From NCBI GenBank assembly GCA_050613775.1, contig JBODTK010000014.1, forward strand, positions 1,240,001-1,304,000: 64,000 bases of DNA, in the 5' to 3' direction. Below are positions 34,046 to 63,410 of the stretch, one piece after another (the stretch's first letter is position 1; each line of letters starts with the position of its first letter). The translations under genes and the position numbers were made by a program. The notes below the pieces were generated by a model. That model worked only from the letters and a program-made list of their open reading frames with translations, did no database searches and was not told the origin of the DNA. Source of the stretch: Neocallimastix sp. 'constans' (Eukaryota).

Positions 34046-37000
34046 TTTTTTTTTTTTAGGCTAGAGAATAACTTTATAATAATAATAATAATAAAATTAC
34101 ATGATTTAAATGAAAAAATAAAAAATAAAATACATGAAATGAAAATATTATATATTATATAATTATAAAAGTGCGTTAGAAGCAATAGCCTCTAACTTTT
34201 CCCATTCATCGATAATAACACCACGTCCATTATTGCGAGTAATAATTTCAGTATTAGTGTTATCAATCGAATCTGTATCTGGAGGTGAAAATCCATGCCT
34301 TATCATTTCGACATCGACGCTCTTAGCAACGGTAGATTCAATAGATTCAACGGTATACCATTTCTATAAGATCAACAAATTAATGGTATTACGTTTGTTA
34401 GAAACTCCGCAGTCCCCACAAAATACGGAACAGTTGACGAAGTTGAACTTTGTTTAAAAATATTGTCAACTAATTGTCTTTGTTCCCTATCATTAACTTT
34501 AATTTTTGAATATATTGAACGCCCACCAAGAAGTGCACTCAATATATAATAATAAATATTATTATCATAATCCTTTTCTGAATCTAAAGAAATATCCAAG
34601 GATTTTTGTTCAATTATCATTGCAAACTTCAAAAAGAGATCATCTAGAAAAGGTAAAGATTTATTTCTGTAATTTTCCAATTCTTTACAGGCAAAGATCC
34701 AGTGAGAAAAGCTAGGTACACTAACACCACAACAAGGGCAACATTTAGGGCAATCTTCTGAGACCATTTTTCTTTTAATGGAAATACTAATGTCAAATTT
34801 AAAACCACACCTAATTCGAGAAATCCAAAAGAATCCCAACTGATACTTAGGATATTGAAATGTTAAGTTTCTGATTTCTGAAATAAATCCAAAATCATTC
34901 TCCTTGTAAATAATTGCTTTTTTGGCTTTTGAGGGTTTGAAGACATCTCTTTCCCAATAAAACTTTTTTATATCACTTGTTTTTTTTACCATTTAATTTC
35001 TTATCCAGAGTTCTTGATTCTTTAGACCATGAGTAATGTGACATAGTAGGAATATTATTAGTGAGATGATTAATAATACATGATGAGTTTTTCCATTTTC
35101 TAAAGCATCGTAATTGAGATATAGCACAGACAGCTGAAAGAGGAGGTATTCTCAATTCACGAGTAATATCATAGAGACTAACAGAAGAATTGCGAGATTT
35201 AAATCCGTAACTCCAATAAAGTCCTCTATTAATAATTATTTGAGCTTTAGAACATCTGCTCTTATTTGAACCAAAGAGAGGAACATAATATATAACAAGA
35301 CTAAGAATAAACGAAATTAAAACATATTTCTTCAATGGGAGAGGAACAGATTTATTAATAAGAAATCGAAAGTACAAATTTAACTTGCCATTTATATTAC
35401 TGTTTAATTTGGATTGTATAGGTTTCAGTGATAAAGATTCATCAAAAGGAATACCAAGATAGGTATAGTTGTTAGTTTTAGGTAATTTGTTACTACCAAT
35501 AAAGAAAGATGGATCTTTATAGTTTAACGGTTTAGCAAAATTAATCGGTTTTACAACAAGAGTAGCACACTTATTAATTCCAAAAGTCATTTCATTCTTA
35601 ATAGCTCATTCATGAACTTTATTCAAAATTTTCTTAAGAGCTTGTTTAGATGGAGCAACTAAAACAATATCATCCACAAAAAGTCCACCACAATAATATT
35701 GAGAATCTAAATATACACCATACTTATCACAATTATCCAGTACATCATTAATGAATAAATTGAATAAAATAGGAGATAGAGGGCATCCTTGTCTAACACC
35801 ACGATTAATCGAAAATTCTTCTGAGAGATTACCATTAAAAAAAGCACATGCTTTAGAAGATAGATAAAGATTCTTTAAAAACAGATGACATTTATCTCTA
35901 ATTCCTAAGTTATATAATTTGGTCAAAATATTAAAGATAGGTACAGAATCATAGGCTTTTTTAAGATCGAGAAAAGCAAGATAAGTAAAATTTCCTTGAA
36001 ATTTTCTTCTTTGACATATCTCTCTAATTGAAATATATAAACTTATGCATTCTTCTTTATTTCTAAATCCAAATTGTTCAGGTCTAACAAATTTATGTTC
36101 AAGGGCATATTTAGCAATTCTATTAGTAACGATCTTTGAAATAATTTTTAAGCCAACATTAATAAGAGAAATACCACGATAATTATTACAATCCGAAAGA
36201 TCACCTTTTTTTAGAATTGATATTATAGAAGCCGTATTCCACTCTTCAGGGAAATCACCATCCCAGATTTTGTTAAATAATGAAAGTAAACATTTAGCAC
36301 ACTTAGAATCATCTTGATTATCGGATAAATCAGATTTACTAAAGAAGGCTTTAAAAAATTCAATCGGAATACCATCGGGTCCAGGAGCTTTATTATTTTT
36401 CATTTCAAGCACAGTGTTTTGAATTTCTTCCATAGTAATAGAATCATTAATATCCCAAGTAAGATTATTATTAGGATTAGTTCCAAATAAACTTACCCAG
36501 TATTCATTATCCAAACTGTGTTGAGTAACATCAGAAGCTAGTTCACTGTAATGTTCAGCAAATCGATTTAACTGATCCGACTGAAAGAATAAAAAGTTAC
36601 CCTGCTTGTCCTTTAAAACACTTGACGAAATAGAATTAGAGTACGTAGGGTGGGATAGCTTCTTTAATTTTAACCAAGCACTCCTAGCATTTTTATTACG
36701 AAAATCATTACATGCAGATTCTATTGCCTGATGAAATTTTTTGATTTAATAGAAAACTTAATTGACCTGACTTTACCACATATATTTTTATACTCACGAA
36801 GCAAATTTAAAAATTCATCAAGGTTTTCAAGATTAGAACCTAAAGAAAAATTTATGATTTCATTAAATGCAACATGCTTTTCATGAGAAAGTTTCTTGAT
36901 ATAATAAGGGCAATGGAAAACTGAGCCTTTAAGATCACAAGGAACTCTAGCATGAACTTTATCACCAACTTTATTAGCTGTTTCTATAAATTTATTGACC

Positions 37001-37320
37001 ATTTCATTAGAACTTAATTCTTTATTATTATCAAATTCATTAAGAAGAATTGAGAAGTAGTTACTTGAGAATATTTCATTATGCTTTTCATTACACATGA
37101 GTTGGGACCACTTGAATCTTCTAGAAGGAGTAGGAGCACGAAAACCTTCTGAGTCATCTTTCATACAGGAAAGGATAAGAGGGAACTGGTCAGATATATC
37201 ATTGAATGAACTACAAACAGATACCTTATTAATGTATTCCTTCATTTTACAATTAAATAAAACATGATCAATACAAGACGATCTACCATCCCGAACCCAT
37301 GTGAAATCGAGACCTGATAA
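34046..37320 (-). mobile_element. Non-LTR retrotransposon (LINE), 5'-truncated and frameshifted: APE remnant, RT, C-terminal Cys/His motif
   Basis: Motifs SCIDHV and SDQFP (APE end), KAPGPDG, NYRGISL, QFGFR, DLKKAYDSV, GVRQGCPLSP, FVDD, YLG and CPCC..H...C; poly(A) tail at 34046-34057. Confidence 0.92.
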
Positions 37321-37343
37321 GAAGAGATCATCTAGAAAAGGTA

Positions 37344-37349
<6 letters not shown>

Positions 37350-37382
<33 letters not shown>

Positions 37383-38064
37383 CTAGGAATAAACTTTATT
37401 TAATAATATTTTTTTTTTAAAAAATACATGAAGTTTAAATACATGAAATTTTTTTTTTATATTAATATTAAAAAACTACGTTATGAGATTCGAGGACGAA
37501 AAGGCCTCTAACTCTTCCCATTCATCGAAGATAACTCCATGTGGATGAAAATTATCATTCGAATCTGTATCAGAATTTCTTCTTTGCCTTATCGTTACGA
37601 CGTCGACACTCTTGACAACGGTAGGTCTAACACTATACAAATCGATCATGGTGTAAAAATCACCAATCACAATAGGCATAACGTTAGTAAGGAATTCCGC
37701 AAGCCCCACAAAATATGAAATCGGGAAAGAAGACTCGTTCGAAGGTGATTGAAAAATATTATTAATATATCGCCTTCTTTCCCCCGAGCCGATCTTTAAG
37801 ATTTCAAATACTGCATTTCCGCCAAGAAGGAGACACAGCACGTAAAAATTGATATTATTATCAAAATCTTCCTCTTTATCATCAGGAATGTTCAATGATT
37901 TCTCATGAACAATAAGAGAAAAATTAATAAAAATTTCATCAACAAAGGGAATGAAATGTTGCCTAAATTCTTCAAATTTAGGACATAAAAGTATCCAGTG
38001 TGTAAAACTAGGTATGCTGTTACTCTCACCACAAGGGCAGTATGTTGGGCAATTTTCTGATACT
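37350..38064 (-). mobile_element. 5'-truncated LINE of a sister family, nested in another LINE fragment
   Basis: ~30-nt poly(A) tail; ORF 37476-37895 is homologous to the C-terminus at 34372-34600 (YFVGLAEFLTNVMP); TSD AAGGTAAAGATT at 37338-37349 and 38065-38076. The host fragment (37322-38154) matches 34634-34739. Confidence 0.85.
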
Positions 38065-38239
38065 AAGGTAAAGATTCAATTCTGTAATTTTCTAATTCTA
38101 TACAGGGAAAGATCCAGTGAAAAAAGCTAAATACACTAACACCACAACAGGGACTTAAAATAAAAAAAAAAAAAAAAAAAAAAGTAAGGTAAACAACTTT
38201 TCAATATCCCAAATTTAAAGATGGAACGACTAAAAGTAA

Positions 38240-38271
<32 letters not shown>

Positions 38272-38796
38272 AAAAATAAATAAATAAATAAATAAATAAA
38301 AATAAAAATAAAAAACAATTTGCAATTTGATTTAGATTCATTTTTTTTAAGATTTATTCAAATACACTTATTTAATATATTCAAATAATCTTTTCAAAAT
38401 ATTTAAATTTTAATTAATTTTATTTTATTTTATTTTATTTTATTACAATATCTTAATTTTTTTTTTTTTTTGACTTTTAATATCGATAAATTTTATCGAT
38501 AGCTTTTTTTTTTTTTTTTTTTTTTTTACTTTTTTACAAATTTATTCATACAAATTTATTATTTGACATTAAAAATATTAAATTTTTCATTTTTATTTTA
38601 TTATAAATTAAGTTTTTCTATTTTCCATTTTATAATTTTGTTTAGACCAAAACAACAAAAAATAAAAAAAGGAATATTTATTTAATTAATAATATTAATA
38701 TTACTATAAAAATTAATTATATTTAATAATAAACTTCATTATAAATTATATTTTTAATATCAAATTTATTTATTTAAAATTATTTTTATTATATAT

Positions 38797-40644
<1,848 letters not shown>

Positions 40645-40907
40645 CTATAAATATTAATATAAAATATAATGTGTATTCTAAAAATAAATATATGATAATT
40701 TGATATATTTATATAGCAATATAATATTGTTTTATATAGTAATATATTATATTTTTATTGTTTATTGGAATAAAATAATTATTTTGTTTGGTTTTTTCTA
40801 TATTTCACTTTATATATTAAAATTATTATTTTAATTTCAAATGGTTTTTATTTGCTTTTAATAAGATATTAATAATTTATAAAATAATAGTTTTTTTTTT
40901 TTTTTTT

Positions 40908-40941
<34 letters not shown>

Positions 40942-41318
40942 GTTTTTTTTTTTTATGATTTATTTACAAAATTACTTTTTGACTATTTGAAATTATAAAT
41001 TAATATTTATAACTTTTTTTTAATAAAATAATTATTTATTTTTTAAAAAGGGTATTTATTTATTGACTTTAGTGTGAAAAAAATTTCACTTTTTTATTTG
41101 TTATTAGTAAATATAAAGTTTATTTTAATAATTATTGAATAAAAAAAAAATAAAAAATAGTGAGAAGAAAAGAGAAAAAATGCTATTTTTATAGTAAAAA
41201 AAAAAAAATTCAAAATAGTTTAAAAATGGCTGAAAATAAAATTTCTTTCCATTTTTTATTATGGAAAATTAATTTCAATTCTTTTCAAAATAATTTTACC
41301 TTAAATTTAATTATTATT

Positions 41319-41491
<173 letters not shown>

Positions 41492-41981
41492 TATTCAATT
41501 ATTAATTTAAAAAAAAAAGTAAAAATTAAAATAAATTATTCTTTATTAATAATTTTAAATTGATGAATATAAAAGTTATATTAAATTTGTGTATTAGTAA
41601 TTATTTAATATTTTATCATTATTTTATGTTTTGTATTAGTAATAGATTTATAAAATATATTTTCACTTGATGTATTAATAAGTAATAAGCCATAATATTA
41701 GTAATTACCTAATCACGAATTTTCCACAATATTCTTTTATGTTCTATACAGAATATCCATATTCTACATAGATTTATATAAATAAATCATATTTTTATTA
41801 TTTATTTTGTATAACTTTTGTTTATTTTAATAAATAATTAACTTTAAAAATGATAAAAATATTTATTTAAATTATTATTTATTTATTTATTTAAATTATT
41901 ATTTATTTATTTAAATTATTATTTATTTATTTAAATTATTATTTATTTATTTATTTAAATTATTATTATTTATTTAATTGT

Positions 41982-42029
<48 letters not shown>

Positions 42030-42033
42030 TTGT

Positions 42034-42088
<55 letters not shown>

Positions 42089-43897
42089 TTAAACAATTTT
42101 ATTCCATTACTTACTAAAATTTTATTCGTCGCCATTTAAGGCAGAGATGGTGGTAAAATAAAAAAAATAATAAATAATAAATGAATGAATATATAATAAT
42201 TATTGAATAAATAATGTTGTTTAATTCAAACGTTATTTATTAATAAATTTATTAAAAATTATAAATTACTATATGAGAATAATATTATATATAATATATC
42301 TTGATTATAAAAATTAGTATAATAATAATATTAATATTAAATAATTACTAATAAAACACTAATTATTACTATTGCTACTATTATTATTATTATTATATTA
42401 TTATTATATTATTATTATTATTATTAAATAAATATTTTTTCAACCTTACTTGTTTTCTTTTTAATATTTCTTGCCTCTTTTTCTGGTTCTTCTAGGAAGA
42501 TACCACTTTTTTAATTTCATTTCTGATTCACCAGAATTAAAATAAAAAAAATTAAAATAAAATAAAATAAAAAAAATAAAAATAAAAATAAACTTAATTT
42601 GAATATATTTGATTATATATTTTTCTATATATTATCATTTTATATTTAATTTATTATATCTATATATTGAATTACATATGAAATTAAATAATATGTTTAT
42701 TTTAAATATATTAGAATGTATTAGAATATGAATTAATTTGAAAGTTTGAAAATAAAATTTTTAAATAAAATTTCTATTTTTATATTTATATATTTATATT
42801 ATTTAGTATTAATAATATATGAAATAATTAAATATTTATATATTATATAATATATATCCATTATACTATAATACATTGTCAATTTCAAATGAAGGAAAAC
42901 AAAAATTAAAAAAAAAATAATCATCACCAAATAAGGCAATATTTAATTATAATGAAATTTTAAAAAAATAAAAATAAAAATAAAAATATAATAAAATAAT
43001 TTTTAATAATAAAAATAAAATAATAAAAATAAAATAATAAAAATAAAATAATAAAAATAAAATAAAATAAAAAAGTTCACTTTTAATTAAAAAGGTTAAG
43101 GAAAAAAAGAAAAAAAGTTAAAAAAGAACATTTATATAGTAGTAAAACTTTAACAAAAATGTAAATTATAACTGAAAATTTTTTTTTAAAAATTTTCAGT
43201 TATAATTTAAAAAAAAAATTAACTTTAAACTTAAATTATTAAAGTTTCATTAAGTATAGTCAAATAAAATATAAAAAAATTTATTTATTAATTTTTATAT
43301 ATTATTTAATATCATAAATTATTACTATTAATTATTAATATTTATATATAAAGAAATACAAATTTATTTACGTATTTAATTATTATTATTATATTGATAT
43401 TATCTCTTATTATAATTAAACAAAATAAATTTAACAATTCTAATTAAAATATATATATATATATATAATTTTTAAATAATATATAAAAAATAAAATCTTT
43501 GATGATTAATAGTAGATAATAATAATAAACCTTTTTTATTATTTATTGTTATAAATAGAACTCTTTTTTTTTTTTCTGGAGATATTGAAATTAGCTTTTC
43601 TACTAGATACATTAATGTTTTATTAATATTTTTGTATTATATTCCATTTTATTATCCCTTATTGATTAACTTTTTTATTTTTAAAAAAAGAAAAAAAAAA
43701 CTTAAATCTCTAGATATTATCAATGCTAAATAGTTAAAAATTTTTTGGAATTATAAAGATACTTTATTTGTATTAATATATTATTAAAAAAAAAAAAAAA
43801 ATTATATATATATAATATATATTTTAATTTTATATATATATTATAAAAATAAATGAGAAATAAAAACTTTTTTTTTTCATTTAAATAAAATTATTAT

Positions 43898-43928
<31 letters not shown>

Positions 43929-44829
43929 GTATTACTACTCAAAATTATGGATATAGTTTTTTAGGTTAATGATTTATGGTCATGACTTTAATATAAATCT
44001 TTTTTTTTTATCTATATAATCTATTTGATAAATAGAAGGGGCTTAAAAATATAAATATATCAATATATAATAAAATAAACTTATATATTTAATACTGTAT
44101 TATAATCTTAATGCCTTTTAAGTGTTAATTTCATCTTATTTTTTTTTTTTACTTTATGCAAAATCTTTTCATTAATTAAGGTAATAGAATATCGAGAGAT
44201 TTGCATTTCTTTAATAATTAAAATTTTAATTATAATAATTTTATTTAATACTAATATGTTTAATTTATAGTATATAAAATATTTTATATTTAAAAAATAA
44301 AATCAATTATCAGTAATAAATAACTAATAATTAATAACTAAAAACTAATAACTAATTACTATATATATATATTTTTTTTTATTAAAAAAATATATATATT
44401 AAACAAATAATTACTTAACATATTTAGAAGTTTAGAAGATATAATAATATAATAATAATAAAAAAAGATTTATAATTTTATAAAAATATATGATGAGTAG
44501 TTTAGTTTTTTTATTTAATGAAATAATTCAATATTTTTTTTTCTATTTGATATAAAAAAATATCATTAATTAGAATTATATTCATATTTCAATTTTTTTT
44601 TTTATTATTGTTTATTTTTCATTTTTCATTTTTTATTTTTTAATTTTTTTTTCTTATTTATATATTTATTTATTTTAATAATTTATAGTATACTTTATTA
44701 AATTTATCAATAAAATTATTGATTGTATTTTAAAAAACAATCTACAAATAATTTATAATAAATATATTATATTATATATTAATCAAATATAATTATTATT
44801 TTATTTTATTTTTTTTTTTTAATTCTTGA

Positions 44830-53728
<8,899 letters not shown>

Positions 53729-55677
53729 TTTACTTTTATTTTTTTTTTGTTCAAAATTGTTTTTTTAAGAAAAATTTAATTGTAATAATAAAAAAATCTC
53801 AACTTTAGTATTATGTATATAAAGTATTAATAATGAAATAAATATATATTATTATAAAAACTAGTAAGCATCATAAAAATTGAACGTTTTTAATTCAGTT
53901 GCCATCAAAATTTATTTATATTTTTAATTATATTAATTTCTTATTGATATTGATATATTCTATTTATAAGAATTAAAAATAAAATTATAATTTTCATAAA
54001 AAAAATCATTAGTTAAATAGAAAAATTAAAATTTTTAAATTTTTAAATTTCAGATTAAACATTTAGAAATTCATAGTATAAATTTATTTATTTAATTTTG
54101 AAAATCAATTATTATTTTATATTATTATAATTATTTTTTTATTTTTTATCTTTATTCTATAATATATGCTTTAATAAGAAGCTGTTAATTTTTTTTATTA
54201 ATAGATAAAAAAAAAGTTTATTTTTACTGTTTCTTATTTAGGTTTGTTACACTTTTCAGTAATTTCTATATTACTATTGAAAATTTCATTATAATAAAAA
54301 AATTTTTTTTTTATATTTTTTATTTTTTATTTTTTATTTTTTATTTTTTATTTTTTATTTTTTATTTTTTTTAGTTAAAAAAATAAAAAAATTGTTTTTA
54401 ATTAAACAAAAAAGGAAAGTTTACATTTTTTCATTTTCATTTTCAGTTAATTAATTAATATTTTAATTAAATTTTAATTAATTAATATATTATAAATATA
54501 TAATAAATTGATATAAATATATTGAATTCAAATTAAGATTAAGTAGTATTAAATATTTTAAATTTTATTTTTTTTTTTTTTTTTTTTTTTTATGTTTCTT
54601 TTATATAAAAATTTTAAATTAATGTTAACTTTTAAAATATATATATATAAATGTTCTTTATTTTTTTTTTTTTTTAGACTTAGAGTAAACTTTATTTAAT
54701 GTCCTTTACACAAAAAAAATAATATTTTACTTTTTGAAATTAATAAAAAATATGTAACGTTAACTTTATTATAACTTTTGACAACATTTTATAATTATAA
54801 TATAAATATAAAGATATTAATAATAAAGAACTTTTACTTGTTTTAATAATATTTTTCAATCTACTAAAATAAAAAAAAAAAAAAATTATAAAAAACTTTA
54901 TATAATAGTAATATATAAATAAGTAAAAAAAAATTTTTTTAAATCCAAATTATATGTACAAATGTTTTGAAATTAAACAAATGAGATATAATGAAATATT
55001 ACCAATAATAAATATTATCTTAATTTACTATAACTATAATATATAACAAAACTTTAAAATCAAAAAAAAAAAAAAAAATACTAATGAATTAAGATATTAT
55101 ATAAATCTTTTTTTTTTTCATCAGTCAAATTAATAATGAAATAAGTTATATGTTTTTAACTTAAAGATATTATTTTTATTATTTCATATATATATATGTA
55201 TTCATTTACAATTTAAAAAATGATAATTTATATAATTTATATGTCTTTTTATTTAATATTTATGTAATATGTTCAATTGAAAAAAAAAAAAAAAAAAAAA
55301 AAAAAAACATATTAATACTTATATAGAGAAATAGAGAAAAAAAAATAATTATTATTTATAAAATTGTAAATACATTTATATACTCTTTATTTTTTTGTTA
55401 GTTTAACCTTTTTTTTTTTTCCCTCGATTCTTATTTTTATTATATTTAATTATGACAGAAATTTTTTTTACTGTAGATAGAAAAATATTTTTACTGTTCC
55501 ATATATAATTTTCAAATTTATTTATTTATATGTTATTTTTAATTCATTTTAAACTTTATATAATAAGGAATATAAATAACTATCTCGTAGTATCAATGAA
55601 ATTTAAAAATCTTAAATTTGAAATCTTTTTTTTTTTTTTTTTTTTTTTCATTGTAAAAACTAATTATTTAAAATACT

Positions 55678-58330
<2,653 letters not shown>

Positions 58331-58368
58331 ATTTAATGATTTAATATAAATGGAATTGTTTCAATTGT

Positions 58369-58427
<59 letters not shown>

Positions 58428-58599
58428 TTATTTATTATTTATTATTTATTATTTATTATTTATTATTTATTAATATCAGTCCCAGAAAAAGTAATGTTAG
58501 AATAAAAAAAAAAATAAAATATAATAAAATAGTAAAAAAAATTAAAATAAAAATCATTACAAATAAAAATATCTATTATTTTTTTTTCAATTACATAAT

Positions 58600-58875
58600 C
58601 TATTAGGGATTTTCTTTCATTATCTATACTATTAATATTTAATCTTTGATTTACTAGAATTTCTAAAATATTTTTTTTTTTTTTTTTTTTTTTTTTTAGT
58701 AATCAATCTATCATCAACTATGACAATTTTTTTTTCATTAATAGATTGAACACTAACTTGATGATTTAAAAAAATAGGATACCGAAAAAAATTTTTTTTT
58801 TTTATTTTCATAGTAAATAACATAAATTAAAGGAGTGTTATTCTTGTCATTATTACGATTAATATCTAAACCGTA

Positions 58876-58906
<31 letters not shown>

Positions 58907-59510
58907 AACGTATTTTATTTAACATATTCAATATTTTTTTATTTGCTTCATAAAATATATATATATATATATAAATTAAATAGTAATACCTTTAATTTTT
59001 CAATATTCGTATTGATAATTTTTATATCGGCATTATGATTTAATAAATGGGGAATTATACTATAATCTCTCTCTTTTCAACGGCCTAAATTAATAATGAG
59101 TTTTTTTCATCATCTTTTTGGTTAACATTTAAACCTCCTTTAATTAAATTATCAATTACATTTAAATCCTTCATAAATAATTTTAATACAATAATATTAT
59201 TATGAATATGTAGAATAATTGTTGAATTGATAGCAGTCCCATTTCTAAATATATAAATAATTTGTACAATTCAAATTGTATATATGGCCATCACTCTTTA
59301 TACTTTGGATATCTAAACTGTTACCAACAAAGAATCTTAAAAGCAAATTTTTTTTTTACTATCATTTTCATGATACTATTAAATATTAAATCAGTACCTA
59401 TTGGTATAATTATTGATATGATCTATTAATTTTTCTTTATTTTCATTTTCATAGTTTAACAGATAGTCTATGTAGTCTATGTATTCAAATTTTTTATCTT
59501 CAATTGATTT

Positions 59511-59548
<38 letters not shown>

Positions 59549-60150
59549 TAAGCCTTAACCTCATTTTTATCTTTTTATTAATATATTTTTGTATATATTT
59601 CGAGTCTAATGGAATCTTATTTTTATAATGATTTAAGAGCTGAATGATATGACCATGGCTTATTCCTGTATAAGTCAATATTGCTCTTAGTATCTTAATA
59701 TCTTCTTTTTTTTATTAAATAGAGTAATATTTAAAAGCTATTTCACATTTAGACTATTTTTTAGCATATAAGCTAATCTTGACTTTTTTTAATTAAGTCA
59801 AAAACGGGATAAACTCTTTATAAAAATTCCATCATCTTAATCAATATTGGTATTATTTTTTTATTAATAAATATGATATTTCAAATTTGTTTTTAGTAAT
59901 TAGAAAGAAAGAAAGAAAGAAAGAAAGGGAGAAATAAATTTATATCTATTGTACTTTGAAATATTTTTTTTTTGATGAAAGTTTATCCTTTATATTATAA
60001 TTTAATAATATTCATATTAATATTTTTCTAATATATAATTTATTATATTAATGGAGGTATTTTTTTAAAATGGCTATAACCAAGACATCTTTAGATGTTC
60101 CTTGCATTCTTTTAATTTGATTCTATTGTCTTTACTAATCTTTTTTAAAA
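58600..60150 (-). pseudogene. Degenerate ankyrin-repeat-like gene
   Basis: Peptides GGLNVNQKDDEKNSLLI*AVEK and IIPHLLNHNADIKI, with stops and frameshifts. Confidence 0.4.
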
Positions 60151-61796
60151 ATTTAATAAATTTTATCATTAATTAAGTTAGAAATTACAGAATAATAACA
60201 ATATTCAATGTTGAAAATCATGATAAAAAAAAATTTTTTTTTTTTATGTATATATTATCAAAATTCTCAATTTAAAATTTTTTGATTTCTATTATCATTA
60301 TTTCTATAAATAATCAATATTTATCTAATTAACATAATTTTTAAAAGATAATAAAAAATATTTATTTAAATAAAGATAAAAAATATATTACTTTTAAACT
60401 TTTTCAAATATATATGTAAACGAGTTTAGATTTCATATATATATATTTTTTAAGAAATATTGATCCATTTTAGAATTATTTTCATAATTTTTTCAACTGA
60501 AAAATTTAATTCCAATTATGATTATTTAATTTATTATTAAAAATTTTCTACTTTGCCATTTAACTAAAGATTAAATATATATATAAAGATTAAATATATA
60601 TAAATATATATATAGGGCTTTTTTTTTAAAAAAAATTATTTTTTACTAATCTCTATTAATATAAATTATATAAAAATTTGTTATTTTATATATTATTAAA
60701 TTAAATTATCTGTATCAAATTTAAATATATATATATACATGCTTCATAACATTTTTCTTTAAAATTATATTTATTTTGTATATATGAAAAACTTTATTCA
60801 CATAATTTATTCTTATTTTATTTTATATGAAGAGAGTATATCATGAAAACTAATTATTTAAAAATTATATATTAGTATAAAAAAATAATAAATAAACTAC
60901 ATTTCTTTTATTTAATGTTTTATAAATAAATAATTGTTATTAATTTTTTTTTATGAAAAAATTTTAATGAAATTATTTTAAAATAATATATATATATATT
61001 AAACGCTCTACAAAATTATTGATTGAATAAAATTTTATATAAACTATAATTATATTGTATTTAAAGAAATTATTTTTTTTTAAAAATAAATGAATTAAAA
61101 CTTAAATAATCAATTTATTCGATAATTACATAAAATGTATTATATTAAGTAGTTTTTTTTTTTTCTTTTTTTTTTAAAGTGAATATTAAATTTATATATA
61201 TATATTCCACTCCCTTTTATTATAAGTATATAATTAATCTTGAACTTTTTTCATTTTAAATGGTCTAAATAATAGAAAGGGAAATAATTGATTGAAGATG
61301 ATGACCTTCTTTGGAATAATATAGATTATTTTTTTTTTTTTTTTTTTTTTGATTTCTATAAATATATATATATATTTATTAAAATATGAATAAGTATAAG
61401 TATTAAATTATAATAATTTTTTCCATAATTTTGATAAGGACTAATGTATTTATCATCCTATACCAACATATTCTTCTTTTAAAAAAAAAATAATGAAAGT
61501 CAAATACAAGTTATTTAAAGATAGAAGAAGTAACTAATTTAAAAAATAACTATTTAAATAATTATTTTTTTTTTTTTTTTGATATATTATTTTAGAAATT
61601 AATTATTAAGTTTAAGAATTATTTTAAAAAAGAAATTTTTTTTAAACATGAGAATTAAAAATTCATATAATGTTATGTGATATGAATTTTTAATTTATAA
61701 AGAAAAAGAATTTTGTAACATTTATTTATATTTATTTAAACTCTTTATTAATTTCATCTATTAAAACTAATAACTTTAACAATCCAATTCATAATC

Positions 61797-62080
<284 letters not shown>

Positions 62081-62265
62081 GAAAAAGATTAAATATATAT
62101 TTAATTGCATTAAACTTTTTATTTTCAAAAGTCTTTATTTTCATTTATATTTTAATTTCTTTGTTCAAGTCAATATTTTTTTTTGACCTTTTTAATTACA
62201 CCTCTTTTCTTTACTTTTATCTTTACTTTCATTCCTCTTTCAATTATATTATATATATATATTTA

Positions 62266-62296
<31 letters not shown>

Positions 62297-63057
62297 TTAC
62301 TTTTTCTAGTTTATTTTATTTTATTTTATTGTTATTAATACTTTATTCTTTATACTATTTCACCATTTATTTTATTTTATTTTATTTAAAATCATATTGA
62401 AACCTTGTTTAATATAATTTTGAGGTTATATTTTAAAAATTTTCATTTAATGACCAAAACTAAACCATAAAAATTTTCCGTATATGAGCTAAAAATTAAT
62501 TTGGACTTTAAAGTCTCTCTTTATATTATATTAAATATCAAGATATTGTTATATTAAACACTTTAAAAAAAATATATCATTTTTCTTATTTTTTTTTTAT
62601 TCCCTACAATTATGGTTACAGATTGATTTTTTTTTCATAATTTTGGCTACGAATTTGACTTTTATCATCACAAATATGGTTACGCTACCAACTGACTTTT
62701 TTTCTTTAAACCACAATTTAGATCATGAAATTCCTCCAAAGTTTTTAAAGTTATCTTTAATTATTAAAGTACCAATTTTAAAAATAAAAAAAAAAAAAAA
62801 TTAAATTTTAACCAATAGAATTAATTTTTCTTAATGTTTTTTCTTATATTGAATTTATATTAATAAAATTATAATAAATGATATAATAAATCATTAATAT
62901 AAATTTTACAAATATGGAAATAGTTTATTAGTAATAAAATATTTTTTTATATTGATTTACTTTTTATTCCATGTTAAATATATCATAATCGATTATAAAT
63001 ATGCTTTATTTTAATTTTAATTATTCCATTTTTAGACATGGCAATTTTAAAAATATC

Positions 63058-63410
63058 AATAATAAATAATAAATAATAAATAATTAATAATAAATAATAA
63101 ATAATAAATAATAAATAATAAATAATAAATAATAAATAATAAATAATAAATAATAAATAATAAATAATAAATAATAAATAATAAATAATAAATAATAAAT
63201 AATAATAATAATAAATATTAAATAATAAAATAATAAATAATTGAATAATAAATAATAAATAATAAATAATAAATAATGGAATAATACATAATAAATAATA
63301 AATAATAAATAATAAATAAATAGATGAATAAATAATAAATAAGTAAATAAATAAATAACTAATAATACATAATTGAATAATAAAAAGTAAATAATAAATA
63401 ATTGAATAAT
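63058..63410. repeat. (TAATAAA)n degenerate tandem repeat
   Basis: Directly visible. Confidence 0.85.

Noticed and set aside
42118..42162. Imperfect GC-richer hairpin upstream of polyubiquitin
   Set aside because: Imperfect, single copy, and not assignable to any RNA family or element.
62400..62780. Possible DNA-transposon terminal region (repeated ATGGTTAC/TGACTTTT motifs)
   Set aside because: No partner TIR, TSD or transposase could be identified in the window.
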